64,000 nucleotides of DNA from Azolla caroliniana (GCA_043228905.1 JBHGNT010000011.1:7564001-7628000); one strand, 5' to 3'; numbered from the stretch's first letter, positions 36,575-50,712 are shown. Numbers and translations are program-made. The notes: a model not told the origin generated them from the sequence alone.

Positions 36575-39500
36575 TTACGCTTTGTCCAAAATGTCTAGAA
36601 TGCTTTGCTCCAAAATTTCCAATGGCTCGTCGGGAACCTGTTGTTGTTGTTGTTGTTGTGGTTGCTATTTCGTTTGTGGCTGTGCCTGCTCCGTTTGTGC
36701 CTTCTCCGTTTGGGGCTGCGGCTCCGTTTGTTGCTCTGGCACCGGCGTTTCCTTCGTTGGTTCCTTCGTTGGAGTTGTCTCTGGCTGACTGACCCCGGCT
36801 TGGTCCCCCTCTGGTCCTAGTACCGGCGACGGTTCCTCATCACTAAGGTTGACCGTTGCCGCCTTTCTCGCTTTTTCTTCCCAAAGCCTGGACCGCTCAT
36901 AGCTCTCAAACTGGATTTGAGCCTCTAGCCGATCGTCGTCCAGTTGAGCTACGAGCTGCCAGACCTGCACCAATTGTTCATCTGCCAGGGCTGTGAAATC
37001 TTCAGCCAGCTTATCCCTTATGGCGGTGAAGTCCTCTGATGTCAGCATATAACAGTCATCACCCTCCTTCCGCCGGTTTTCCACGTCCGCTTTGAGCAAT
37101 TGGAGTTCCGCCGTATTCTGCGCCCATTTCGTCCACCAACGCACAGAGCTGTTGTCAATCAAGCTTTTGGTCTTTGTGAGCCATGACCGGAGGATGCACT
37201 CGATCCGTTCGGCTCCCATCTGTGATTTATTTTCTGCGGCTTGTCGCTCCTCTTTCAATTGCTTGATGATTCGGACCGTGTCCGCCTCTTGCTCCCTATA
37301 ATGTGACAATTGATTTCTATAGGTTGTTTGCAACCTCTATAATACCATTGTCGCTCTTTCCTTGTCTTCATGGTTCTGTTTGTGGAGCGCCATCCGGTCA
37401 TTCGCCGCTTCCTCCAATAGCTTGGAACTCTCAGCCCGTTCTTCGGCGAGTGCCGTTGTGGCCCTATCAATTTCTTGCCGAAGCTCGGCCATCGGTTCCT
37501 GATGTTGCTTATATTCCGCCTCCAGCTGCTTGTAGTCCCGGTGCAGATGATCAAAATCATTGGTCTTCTGCTTCAGCCTTTGGTTGATCTGCCGGCGCGC
37601 GCGGTCCTCCCGGTCCTTCTGTTGACGGAGTTCTTCGTTCAGCCTCTCGATTTCCGTCTCCGCCATCCGTCGCAGCTTGTCTTTTTCCTGCAACAATTTC
37701 TCTTTTTCCTCCTTCAGCCGGTCGTAAGCATGATTTCTTTTACGCAGGTTTTCCTTTGCCCGGCGGAGGTTCTGAGTAGTGTTTTTTAATTCTTCTTCGG
37801 CCGCCTTCTTCAAGTCGCGTTCACGGCTCTGTAATGCTTCTTGTGCGGTAAGTTCATCTCGTAAATCCGCCAGCTCTTGGGCCTGCACCGCATCTTTCTC
37901 CGGGACAGTTTGTATCTCCAGGGACTTATTCTTCTGTACATCAACCGGAGTCACCGGTGCTTGGATCTGCGTTGCGGTTAAGGCCATCTTGGCCATGTCT
38001 TCGGTAATCCGATCCAAGCCTTGTTCGAGGCACCGGATCCTTGCCCGGGCCGTCTCCAGTTCATCGGTTGTGACGAGCAACTATTTCGTTTGCGCTCTTT
38101 CCTCAGCCTCTATGTATCCGACTACTCCGGCAATTTGTTCTCCTATCCACCGGAGCCATTGGCTGCCCGTGCACTGTTGTTGCGCTTGCATGGAGAAGAG
38201 TTGGCTGATGGGTTCACTCGCCGGCGGTTGGTCCCGCCTTACTGCGTCGAGCTACGCTTCTAGTTCTGCCAGTTGACCATTTTGCCGTTCCGGCTCTGAG
38301 TGTGTTTCGGCTAACCGCCCCTTGTCTGCTTGTTCTTGGCCGGCTGGGACGGTTGGTCTTTGTATATCCGGCTCTTGAGTTACGGGTCTTGCCGGTGCTG
38401 CATGTTGTGCCGGGACTTCTGTGATCGGTGCCATCCGAACCAGTTCTGGTGCCTCCCTTGGTGTGGGATGCTCAGTGTGAGTTGCGGGCGTTCCATCCCT
38501 CTGTGGGTCCGAACGCTTCCCGGTTGGCTTAGCGGTGCTCTTTACAGGCCGCCGCTGGAGGTGCTCCGTGGGTTCTTCCTCCATTTCCTTCGCCTGAGTC
38601 CCGACATTCATTCTTGCTGCCAGGGTGTCCGTTTCTTGTTGCTCCGGTCCATGGAGGGGGCTCTTCAGGGGCCGTGCCGGTGTCTCCTTGCTTGCATCCG
38701 TCGGCCGCTTTCGGCTAGCGCGCTCCTTTGCCGCCTTCTCTGCGTCGGCCGTCTTCCCTTTAGTGGCCTTGGAGGCCAACAGTTGTTGCCATTTCGAAGC
38801 AGGTTCTGGGGTGCCGTCCGTTGCTCTCCCCCGCTTTTTGGTTTGGACGGGCTTGACCGGTGGCGCCAACAGGGTGAGCCATTGCGTCACCAAATGCCAT
38901 ATTTTCCGACCTTCCTTGCTATCCTTTCCTCTTACTATATCAATGGCCGTACACAGCCCGTCAGGGATCATCACCGGCCAATCTACCTTGACCCCTTCGT
39001 ATGTCGCGATAATCAAGCATGCTCGGTTCTGAGGCATGACAAAGGGTCGAGGGTACACATGGCCGAACTCATGGAGCACACAGACAATTTTGCGGAATAG
39101 CATATCTTCGCCGCCCTGTGTCCTGTAGCCCTTTCTGGCGAGCGAGTACTCACCGAAATATTTGATGAGCTGCTCGGAGGTCGGATTATCGATCGTGCAG
39201 ATGCCTCCCTCCAGAAGTTCCTATTAACGCACGGATCGCCTTCTCCGTGATCACCTCTGTGTCGATTTCTTTTATAATCTTTTCAGCCTCCTTGTGTGGC
39301 GCCGCCTCCATGATCGTTAAGAAACCCTCTAGACCATGTTGTCGTAGCCATTTCTTGGTGGCTTCAGACAGCGTTTGGCAGTCCATCTATGCGTCAAGGT
39401 CGGAGAGCGTTGGCGAGGTTTGATGGTGGGGAGAGTGTGAGAGAGGAAGTTCTGAGGGAGGGGGTTCTCTGTGTGCGAGCTCTCTATGATTGATCTTCAC

Positions 39501-39665
39501 GCGTCTGTCTGCGTTTGTTCTCCTTGGTTCGCGATAGGACAAGGTTTCAATGCGTGGGGGTTTTTCTCTCTGCATCTTGGTGCCTTTTTCGAGCCTTTGC
39601 ATGTGCAGGTCGTGTACTATAATAGCATTGCGTGCCATGTGGCGGTGGTTTAATGTCCTATTCAT
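36575..39665 (-). pseudogene. G2 extra ORF3 (~1030 codons when repaired)
   Basis: Pieces 39387-39665, 39186-39386, 38252-39103, 37337-38080 and 36665-37333; lesions differ from those in G1. Confidence 0.8.
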
Positions 39666-39829
39666 AGCCCATCATAGCTTTTCGACGTGCCTCTTTACTC
39701 CTCGTTTGCATGGCCGTTTCCACCACTCCTTTTCATGATTTATTTGATTCCATTTGATTTTTACTTTTCTTTTCTTTTTTTTCTTTTTTTTTTGAAAAAT
39801 TAATTGTGTGGTTAATTTATCTCCGGTCC

Positions 39830-42800
39830 TATCAGACCCTTACCCGAAACACGCACCTTGCCGGTCTCTTGACGGTTTGCCGTCGTTATGCTTTCCCTAG
39901 TTGCCAGCTCGTGCTCCCCCTTACCGGCTTGGTGGTAGCCGTTTTCCTCCAGGTTGCCGTCGTGGTTGGCCTACCGACGTCTGATTCGGTGGCGGCCCTT
40001 CGTTCAAATGGGTTCTTGGGCATAGGTCCTTTGTATGGTTTTAGGCTAAATCCGTTGACCCATTTACCCTGCACTTCGCCAGCAAGTGTCCCTAACTGGT
40101 AGGATCCATTGAACTCGCGTGTGATCCACTACGGTTCGGTTCATCTAAACCATAGTTCGTCTGGCATTTTACCCATCCGGCTCTGGAACACTAGTACCGG
40201 CTTGCCGATTTCGAACATTTTCTCGTTTCCCTTCCGGTGCTGATCTACAAATGCTTTTCGTCACCGTTATTCCAATTCTAGGTGCATGATGCTCGCCAGT
40301 CGATGTTCTTCTAGTTCACACAGAGCCTTTAACCGAATTGCCTCCGATTCCTTTTCATTGAGTCGTTCCCGAATCTGAATCCGTAAGCTCGGTACCTGGA
40401 ATTCGACCGGCATGACTGCCTCTAATCCGAATGCTAACCGGAACGGTGTTGTTTGGATGCTTGTTTTGTACGCTGTCCGGTAAGCCCAGAGCACACTGTG
40501 CAGCTTCGTGTCCCAATCTATCCGATTTTCATTGACGATCTTGCGTAGGATATTCTGTAGCATTTTGTTTGTTGACTCCGCTAATCTGTTGGCTTGTGGG
40601 TAGTACGGGGTGCTCCGTTTATGTACTACCGCATAGAATGACGTCAAGCTCGCCACTACCTGTCCAAGAAAGTGCCCTCCTTGGTCGCTTATCAGCTTTA
40701 TGGGGCATCCGTACCGGCACCAAATGCATTCATATAAGAATTTTTCCGTCGACGCCGCGGTGTTATCTCGTAAGGCTTTGGCTTCCACCCATTTAGTGCA
40801 GTAGTCCGTCGCGACGATCACATACCGGTTGCCAGTTCTCATTGCCGGTGGTTTAAATGGTCCGAAAAAATCCAGTCCCCATTTCTGAAATGGTTCTAGC
40901 GGTAGTATTGGCTGGTGTGGCATCCTAGCTTGTTCCATTGGTTGGCCCATTCGATGGCATAGATCACACTCTTTTGCGTACCAGACTGCGTCTTTCAATG
41001 TAGTCGGCCACCATAGGCCACTTTGCCATATCTTCCTTGCCGTCGCATCCCCGGCATAATGACCTCCGGCGACTCCGCAGTGTTCCTCCCGTAGTATTAC
41101 CTCCTTCTCGTCGTTATGCACCGCTCGTGTCCAGATACCGTCCGCACCTTTATGGTATAGCGTGTCCTATAATAAACGGAAGTGCCGGCTTTGTACCGCC
41201 ATGTGCTTCCTCTCGTCCCGGTTCGTCTCCTTCGGAGGCAATCCGGTACTCAGTAACTGGTGCATATTAGTTAGCCACTTATCTTCTTGTGCCACCGTTT
41301 CATCTGTTGCCGTTTCCGTGTTGACTCGAAAAAGCTTTGCATCTGGAAACTTGTCCGGTACTCCGTCACCCGTTTCGCCGGAATCTAATCGGCTTAGATA
41401 ATCTGCTACTGCATGATGTATGCCGGGTCGGTGGAATATCTCGAACTCGAACTCCTGCAACAACAAAGTTCACCAGGCCAACTTACCAGTAAGTGACGCT
41501 TTGGATACTAGGTAGAGGAGTTCCGAATGGTCTACATGGAAGGAAAACTTTCTCCCCAATAAATAGTGCCTGAATTTTGTTACGCTGTAGATCATTCCTA
41601 AAGCTTCCCTTTCCGTGGTAGAATAATTTCGTTCCGCTTGGGATAGCTTCCGGCTGGCATAGTATACTGGCCGGTACCACCTTGGCTCGGTAAGCTGCAT
41701 GAGCGCGCTGCCGATGGCGATGTCGGAGGCGTCCACGAACACATTAAACTCTTTACTCCAATCCGGAGGCTGCACTACCGGTGCTTGTGTCAATAATACC
41801 TTTAGTGCCCGGTACACCTTGTCTTCAATGTCTGTCCATTGGAACGGTGTTCGATGAACTGCCGCATGCAGAGGTGTAGCCAGGTCTGCCAAATATCGGA
41901 GCATATGGCTATGCTAGCAAATTTGTCCTAAGAAACGACTCAATGCCTTTGCCGTTGCTGGTGCCGGTGCTTCCAGGATTGCTTTCACTTTGTCCGGATC
42001 TATGGCAATGCCTTCCTTGCTCACAATATTCCCAAGGAGTTTTCCGTCGGATACTCCAAATACACACTTTGCTAGATTCAGGCTTAGCCGGTACGCCCTA
42101 CACTTCTCTAGACATAGTCTGAGATGTTGCAAATGATCTTCTTCTCGGCTATAGACGGCGAAGTCGTCAAGGAACACCTGCATAAAAGCCGGTATGTATT
42201 CGCCAAAGATCTCCATGATGATCCGTTGGAATGTTGCTGGTGCCGTTTTCAACTCGAACATCATCACCACGGCAACAAACACTCCCCATTCGGTGACGAA
42301 AGACGTTTTCTCTTGATCATCAGGGTGCATCCGGATCTGATTATGGGTGAAAGCAGGTGAATGGAAACACTATTATAGCTATTTAGCTGGTAAATTGACC
42401 ACAGCTAAATAGTTTTTTTTATAGCTAATTTTTAGTAGGAAGATCTTAAAGATACGTATCATTTGTGATGGGGATGGAAATATTACCGTTTATGGTCCAC
42501 CGTTTAGCTAGTCTTTATTTGAGATCAAATTCTAATTATCCCTAAAATTGCCAAAATTTACAGATTACATGTAGCTTTTTAGATAGCTAATTAGCTATGT
42601 CAAGGTCATAGCTAATTGTTCCATTCCCATGCTTTCACCCTTATACCCGCTGAATTGGTCTAAGAAACTATATACTTCATAGCCGGCGACGGCATCCAAA
42701 ATTCCATCCGTAAACGGAAGTGGAAATGCATCCATTACCGTTGCCGCATTGAGCTTCGAGTAGTCGACACAAACTCTAATTTTGCCGTTCTTCTTCGGTA

Positions 42801-45033
42801 CGACTACGATCGGGCTCGGCCATGTAGATTTCTTTATGAGACGGATGAAGCCAACCCTCAACAATTTGTCGATTTCCTCCTTGACTTTGGCGGCGTAGTT
42901 TGGGTTCATCCGGTACCGATGTTGTGCTACTGGCTTGGCGTCGTTGTTCAGATGTATCTGGTGCTAATACAACTGAGGATCCAGCCCTCTCATATCCTCG
43001 TAAGACCAAGAAAATACGTCGCGAAACTCGTTGAGGAGTGTAATTATTGCCGTTTTGTTCTCTGCATTCATTTCTTTGGCGATGTGCACCGGTTTTGCCT
43101 CCTCCGCCGTTCCTAGATTTACCTCTTCTAATTGAGACGCTTTTACGCGCTGTGATATGGCCATTCCTCTTTCCAACGCCTCCGGTGCTTGCCGTAACTC
43201 CCGGATTGCTTCTTTATCCGGTTCCGCTTCGGTTTTGTCCGATTGCAGTAGGTAGGGTGATACCGCTTCGGCAACGTCAATTTGGAATAGGGGTACAATC
43301 TTTGGGTTCTCCTGCAAGTACTGATCTTCTTCTTCGTCTGCTAATCCTTCCAGCATATTGACGCACTCCACATATAACGGTGTCAGATCCTTGCCAATGC
43401 CCTTCCTTGGTTGTGTTGGTACCCGTACCTTCGCTTTTCCCCGCCGGAACGTAATCATATTCCTCCTCCAGTTCTACTTGATGTGTGTCGTCTTTAACCA
43501 AGGGCGTCCCAATAATAATGGGTACGCTCCTTGAGCCTGCAACCGGAGAACTACAGTTGAGATTCGGAATGTGTGGCCCCTGATGGTTACTTCTAAGTCT
43601 CCTATTAGTCCTGTTGGTCGCACCGAGCTTGTGTCCGACATTCGGGGCCAGAATGAACATGGCTCCCACTCTTGGATTCCAAGAGCATCGCACGTCTGGA
43701 GGCTTATTACATTAACGCCGGAGCCTCCGTCTATTATTGGTGTCCACCACCGCCGGTCCCTCCTCTGGATTTGAGAAGAATGCCGAAGACGGTGGTGTGC
43801 TACTAGCTGCAAGAGTCGTCCTAATGGCAGCGTGATCTGGCATTCCTACAATGCCTGCCATGTCGCGTTTTCGGACTGACTACTGCCAATGAACTCTTCG
43901 GTGTTCTCCTTTTGCTACGCGATTTCTACTATGTTTCACTCATTTGCCTTTTTCACCCATTCCGTTGCCTGTTTCCAGATGGCCTCTTGTGTCTCCCATT
44001 CCGTCGTCTTGTCCTTGTCGACGGTGCTTGTGCGAAAGTCAATGACCATGGATACTGTTCATAGAGGTTCCCGGAGCGTGGCTAAGAATATAGCCCGTGT
44101 TTCTTCCTAAGGAGGTGCGCGGATAAGCTGATTGTGCATCCGTTGAAACCGAATGACAAACTGCAGAATGCTCTCCCCGGGGTCCTACCGAATTGTATAA
44201 AGTAGGCCCACCATTTCTCTCTGGTCCACCTCCTTCTGAAAGAAGTGCAAGAATTTGTCTTTCAGGTCTGCAAAGTTGGTGATGGTGCTGCGATCCGGCG
44301 TCCGGTCCTTCCAATGTCACGCCGAATTCGGCTATCTTAGATCGTTCCTCTTCTGCCGCGGTCAACCGTTGTGACACATGGTTCGCCTCCCATGTTTGTT
44401 GAAACGTGTGAACATGAGCCCCCGTGTCCGGATCATATCTATACTTGGAGTATTGGAACGACATGTCGTCGTCCGGTGTCAGTGCGCGGGCTGGTGGTGT
44501 TGGTGGTCTTTCCTGCTGTTCCGTCGGCGTCAGAGGTCTTTGCCGGTCTTACTTTGGTGTTGCCGGCTCGACTTCCGGTGTCGGAGGTCTTTGCCGGTCT
44601 TTTCCTGCCTCCGGAGGTTGCTCCACGTCTAGTGCCGAAGGTTCCCGGTCTGCCAACTCTGGTTCCGGTGTCGGTAATGTATCCGACTCCTCGTCCTCCG
44701 GTCCTCCTAGGGTGTCGTTACTGCTGCGATAGTTCGTGTGCGCGCTCTGTAACCCCCATCCGAATCCGATTCCAGCGTTGAAAATGCTTTGGATTCGCCA
44801 TCTCTTCCGGCCAAGGCCTGGAGAAGGGTTTCTGCTTCTTGGAGACTGCTTAAGCTGCTTCCTTCGTCCGGGTAGGCGTTTTGTTGCAAACGGAGCGACT
44901 CCTCCGCCACTTTACGGATCACTTTGGAAAATGGCGGAGGAGTCGCTGCTTGCTGGAAAGCCTCTCGCCTCCTTCTCCGTTCAACAAGTCTTCGTGCTCT
45001 CTTCGTAACCGGGTCGTCTGTTGGCCTAGTCAT
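39830..45033 (-). pseudogene. gag-pol: G2 gag-pol, fragmented
   Basis: IN 40267-41121, RH 41470-41904, RT 41914-42909, PR 43474-43812, gag 44039-45033. Confidence 0.85.
42345..42640. mobile_element. MITE, 296 bp, ~22-bp imperfect TIRs, TSD TTAT
   Basis: GGGTGAAAGCAGGTGAATGGAA ... TTCCATTCCCATGCTTTCACCC; TTAT at 42341-42344 and 42641-42644; empty site in G1 at 10140-10143; AT-rich and non-coding. Confidence 0.92.
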
Positions 45034-45631
45034 CCATTCCTGTCGCTGTTCACTATGATTGTGCAGAAATTCTCTAATCGTTGATAGTCCAATTTATCAC
45101 ATGGGCGAGTAGTCTTGATGTGTCGTCGTTATAGCCATACCCAATCTCCAATGTTAAAACTGAATGGAAGCCGATGAAGATCCGCATAATCCTTCTGTGT
45201 TTATTGAACTTGTTATAAATGAGTAGATAAGTCTGCCTGTATCTTGTGTAGCCGCTCTAAACGATCCTTTGCACAAGGATTTGTGGGTTTTGAATACACA
45301 CCACGGAGGATGATAGCTTGTATAAGCATAAAATGGTGTAATTGTGGACAAAGTTATTATACACAAATTCGGCAAAGTGGAGAATATCAGCCCGATCATC
45401 TTGTTGATAGCTTAGAAAACACCAAAGATATTGTTCTAACGTTTGATTTGTTCATTCTGCTTGTCCATCTGTTTGCCGGTGGTAGCCGGAGGAGAGGTTA
45501 CAAGTGACCTTGAGCATTTTGAAGAATTGCTTCCAGAATTTGGAGATGAATTGGGGTCCACGGTTGTTGATGATACTATCAGGGAGGCCATGATGCCAAC
45601 ATACCTCACGCATCACAGTTTCGGTGGTTTC

Positions 45632-46016
45632 TGTAAAGAATCGGGTATGATTCTTGTGTAGTGGAATAGGTGTGAATTGTGTGTGTATGAGAGAGAGAAA
45701 GAGAGTGAGAGTGAGAAGTAAGACACAGAGTATAAGCAAGGTAGATTGTATTAACAAAGGAGAAAGACTCAACACAATACAAGGTGGGAGGAGGGTGCTT
45801 TATATAGTCACCCTCTCTCTTCATTAACTACAAGACTCATGGAGCATGGGGAATGTGAAAGCTCATAAGTTATGTGTCATAGAATATGATTCTATGAGTC
45901 ATACTAAATGCTAGAATACAAAGAGGTGACATAATGGTGACTCTTGACCGTTGGAGTATTTATTCACTCTCAAGGTGAGTTCACACACTAGAACAAGTTG
46001 AGCTTGATTCTCAATA
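45632..46016 (-). repeat. 3' LTR of D
   Basis: Direct repeat of 50713-51097; adjacent PPT complement CGCCCTCTCAAG at 46017-46028. Confidence 0.93.
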
Positions 46017-46282
46017 CGCCCTCTCAAGCTCAAGTCAGGTCGGTTTCAGAAGGTATCCGAAATTCGCTTCAACTCGAGTTCCGGAGTCCGCATCGACTCG
46101 TTTTTATGCGGAGTTGCGGAATCCGTGCTCTAGCTTGCGTTGTGCATAGTTGCGAAGTCTGTGCTTCGGCTTGCGTCTTTCTTTGTGGCTTTGCGCGGTA
46201 GATCGGCTCTTCGTGGCTTCGTTGCGTGGTTGCGTAATCCACACGTTCTTGTGTAGTGTGCGCGGCTTGCGGAATCCACGCG

Positions 46283-49200
46283 CTATTGCGTAATGTCTTC
46301 ACTACTCCCCCTCAAGCTTGGCAGGTCAGGGATCGTCAATCCGAGATCGGTCATGAATTGCCACAGCTTGTCGGCTCTTAAGGCTTTAGTGAAGATGTCG
46401 GCCGTTTGAAGATTTGTGCTAATGTGTTGTAGGTCGACATCGCCAGCTAGAACGCACTCTCGGATGAAGTGACAATGCACTTCGATGTGCTTTGTCCGCG
46501 TGTGGAACATTGGGTTCCGAGCCAGATAGATATTGCTCATGTTGTCGGAGTAAAGGGAAGTCGGATCCTTGATGGGTACGCCTAGATCCTTCAAAATCCT
46601 CTTGATCCATACGGCTTCACACACAGCTACGGCTGCGCCCCTGTATTCCGCCTCTGTACTCGAAAGAGCGACGGTAGGCTGCTTCTTGCTACTCCAGGAT
46701 ATTGCTCCGCTGCCGAGGGAGAAAACAAATCCGGAGGTTGATCTTCTACCGGCTTTGTAGCCGGCCCAATCGACGTCTGTGTACCCCTCGAGGCGTATTG
46801 GCATCACGGTCTTGTAGAGGATGTCGCAATCCATTGTGCCACTCACGTACCGTAGAACTCGCTTAGTGCAATCCAAGTGAGTATCACGCGGTGTTTGCAT
46901 GAATTGACTATGGAGACTGATTGGATAACTGAGATCGGGTCGAGTGATCGTGAGGTAGATGAGACTCCCGATGAGTTGCTGATACTGAGTCAGCTCATAC
47001 GCTTTGGTGCCGGAGTTCGCATCTAGTTTGAGATTACGATCGAGCGGGGTTGCCACGGATTTGCACTTGGCCATACCGAACTTGTATAACAAGTTGAGGA
47101 TGTAGTGCCGTTGAGAAATCATGATTTCGGCCGGAGTCCGAATTACCTTGATGCCGAGGAAATAGTGGAGTTCCTTCATGTCCGTCATCTCGAACTTGTC
47201 GGAAAGGAGGGATTTGACCTTATTGATTTCGATGAGATGTTCACCTCCAATGACTAGGTCATCCACATATAAGATGATGACGATCGGACTTGCGGAATCG
47301 CTTTGTATGTAGAGGGAGTTGTCCGATTTTCACATACGGAGGCCGATTTGATGAAGATATTGCATTATCTTTGAATGCCAAGCATGTGGTGCTTGCTTGA
47401 GGCCGTAGAGTGGCTTCTTGAGTCGGCATACAGCTTTTGGATGGGTGCTCGAGTTGAAACCGGGTGGTTGTATCATGTACACCTCCTCTTCTAACTCGCC
47501 TTGTAGAAAGGCGTTCTTGACGTCCATTTGATGGAGGTGCCACCCTTTCGCCGCGGGAAGCTCAATTACGGTCCGTACCATCGTCATCTTTGCCACCGGG
47601 GCAAAGGTCTCTTCGTAGTCAACTCCGTGCGTTTGGACGTAGCCTTTCGCTACGAGTCGCGCTTTGTAGCGGTTGACGGAACCGTCGGCGTTGTACTTCA
47701 CTTTGTAAATCCATTTGCATCCGATCACCTTTTTGTGTTGTGAGGTGGGAACGAGATCCCACGTGTCGTTCTTCCGTAGTGCCTGCATCATCTCGTTCAT
47801 GGCTTCGGAAAAGGTTTCCGGCTCTCGTACTGTCGCTACCTTCATCATAAAGGCGTAATGGTACGCCATATAATCGTTGTAGCCGAATCGAGTTACGGGG
47901 TTCTTTTCATGGGTGGATCGGAGGAGCTTTTCATTTGCAGAGATGAGGGCTTTCTTAGCTCCGATTGGTACCTCGAAACCGCCGAACTCATTGTCGAGTG
48001 AGTGAGTCGACTCATCGTCGTCGAAGCGATCGTCTGCGTATTCCGCCATTGTCGCCTTGCCTTTGTCCATCTTCGGGCTAGGCCGTGATGTGCTTTGATC
48101 GCTCAAAGGCTCTTGTGGTCCGCTCAGTCGGGTCGTGATCGGACTTTCTTCGGACATGCGCGTAAGGCGATCTTCATCCTCTATCTCTTGTTTGGCAGAT
48201 TCTAGGTCCACAGGAGTCGGAGTTGAAATTATCTCTGGTGCGTACAAGGATGTGGACTCGTAAAAAACGACGTCTCGACTTACTCGAGATTTTCGAGTTG
48301 GGGAGTTGTAGCACTTGTACCCCTTTTGCTCCAATGAGTATCCTACGAGGATACATTTCTCTGACTTCGGGTCAAGCTTTTGACGCTTCTCGTCGGGGAT
48401 GTCCACGTACGCTATCGCACCGAATATGTGGATGTGTGATAAGTCCGGCTTCTTTCCAAAGTATTTATCGTGCGGAGTGACCTTGTGCACGCTGGATGTT
48501 GTGCATCAGTTCATTAGGTAGACGACCGTATTTGCAGCTTCGGCCCAATATAACTTGGGCATATGCTTCTCGTTCATCATGGCCCGAGCTCCTTCGAGGA
48601 TGTGCCGACTTTTGCGCTTGGCTACTTCGTTTTGTTGCGGAGTGTTTCGACAAGTGAATTCTCGTCGAATTCCTTCCTTTCGGAGATACGCCGTGAAATC
48701 ATCCGAGAAGTACTCCTTGCCGCCATCCGATCGAAGACATCATACATGTCGGCCAGTGGCTTTCTCGACTTCATTCTTGAATTTTTGGAAGTGTCCGAAC
48801 ACTTCGCTCTTTTGCCGCATCGGATAGATCCAAGTGTGCCTAGAAAACTCGTCGATAAAGAGCACGTAATATCGACATCCGCCGAATGTAGCCGTCTGCG
48901 CCAGTCCCCATACGTCGGAATGGACTACGTCGAGTAGACCTTTGCTCATGTTCCGCTCTTTCGGGAATGGGTGTCGGTGTTGCTTGCCGAATTGGTACGC
49001 TTCGCATACACCTTCAATCTCCTTCTCTTTGAATGTCGGGAGTCCGATGACGACTCCTTTCGATTTCATTTCTTTGAGTTTGTTGAGATCGATGTGGCCG
49101 ATTCGCTTATGCCATAGCTCTATGTCGGAGTCGGCTTTCATGCCCTTTGCGAACATGGCCGATTTCATTTCGTGTGAGTCGAGAATGAACATTCGGCCCT

Positions 49201-50553
49201 CTCTTTGTCCGTGTGCGATGAGTCGGTCCTCTTTTTCGATGAAGCAACCGCCTTAATTAAATCAAACTTGCATCCCTTGCTCTACAATTTGGCCGACGGA
49301 GACCAAATTTTTCGTAATGGTCGGTACATGCAAGATATTTTTTATGTAATTTTGCTTACCTTCTTTTCCGAACGGAACACTGCCGATGTGCCGAATCGGG
49401 TGCGTAGTATCATCTCCGGTTTCAACATAACCGGGTCGCTCCGGCTCTCGAATTTCGAGAAACCATTCTTTACGAGATGTCATATGGTTTGAGGCTCCAG
49501 CGTCAACAAGCCATACGTCCTCCGGATTGAGGGCACTAGTTGACGTAGAGGCCGACATAGAGTTTGCTCTATGTTTCATCATGAGCATTCTGCCACGGTC
49601 GGAGTTGTATGCGTACATTCCGCCACGATCCTCGTAGTCGGAGTTGTGCCCGTACATTCCGCTATACTCTTCGTAGTCGGAATTGTGCGCGTAATTCGTG
49701 AGTTGTCGGCTTGTGGAAGCCAATTCACGCATCTTCTTTCGGCACTCTTCTTCGTGGTGGCCGAGCTTTCCGCAATATCCGCATTCGGTTGCATTTTGAT
49801 GGCTCGGGCCGGAGTGGAAGCTCCCCCTTGTTGTGAAGGTTCCTCGTTGGCTTCCGTTTTGCGGCTGAAATTGGGAGTTGTTATCGTAGGTCGGACCTCG
49901 TCCGCCTTGTCCTTGGCCGAGTCGGCCTCTCGGTCGTCCGCAACCTCTTCCTTCGTTCGAGTGCGTGTAGAGCATGTGGCCTTCCGACTCATTGCTCCTT
50001 GTATGCACGTGGTTTTGGAGCTCAAAGAAGGAGGGGGATTTCTCCCATCTAGAACGGTGGTTTGCATCGCGCCGAACCGTGGTGCGAGGACGTTGAGGCA
50101 TATTTGAACCATCTCATCATCATCGATATTTACACTTATTGAGCCGAGCGAATCGCAAAGCTCCTTGATCTTCGAGGTGTATGTCATGATGGACATGTCC
50201 CGTTGTTGAATGTTGTTCAACTCTTGGCGGAGTTGAAGCCTTCTTGCGGTTGTGTTCGCCGCGAAAATCTTTCGTAGATTTTCCCATGCCTCCTCAGGCG
50301 TCTTGGCTTCGCGAATGTAGCCAAGCATGTGATCATGAACACATGTCGCCAAGCAATACATCACGCGGATTGCGGCTTGCTCCCATGTTGCGTATCCGGG
50401 AGTCGCTTTGGCGGGTCGGTCTTCATGTGCTCCTTTGATGTAGCTCCAATAGCCTTGTCCGACAAGGTATTGGTGCATCTTGTACTCCCAAGATGCGAAG
50501 TTATTTCGATCCAAGTTCTCGGTAGGGAGAGTGCTCCCCATTTGAGTATTCAT
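46283..50553 (-). pseudogene. gag-pol: D gag-pol, with frameshifts and stops
   Basis: Gag NFASWEYKMHQYLVGQGYW, CGYCGKLGHHEEEC, VDAGASNH, VHSDVWG, YVDDL, RNase H ending LPSLRGS. Confidence 0.92.
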
Positions 50554-50712
50554 TATGTCGATTCTTCTTCTTCTTCTTCTCTCTTAGAATGTGAGCTATG
50601 TAGCGAAGCTACGATAGCGATGAGCCGGTTCTTGGTTGTCGGCGTAGAGCACAACACACGATCACAATAAGGCGAATGTGCTAGATCGAGCTACCAAATC
50701 GCTCTGATACCA

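Larger units (their letters stand above)
36069..45065 (-). mobile_element. G2: second copy of the extra-ORF Gypsy; 5' LTR missing; 3' LTR ~36069-36552
   Basis: Collinear with G1; gag starts MTRPTDDPV at 45033; pol pieces 39886-43812; ORF3 36575-39665. Confidence 0.9.
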
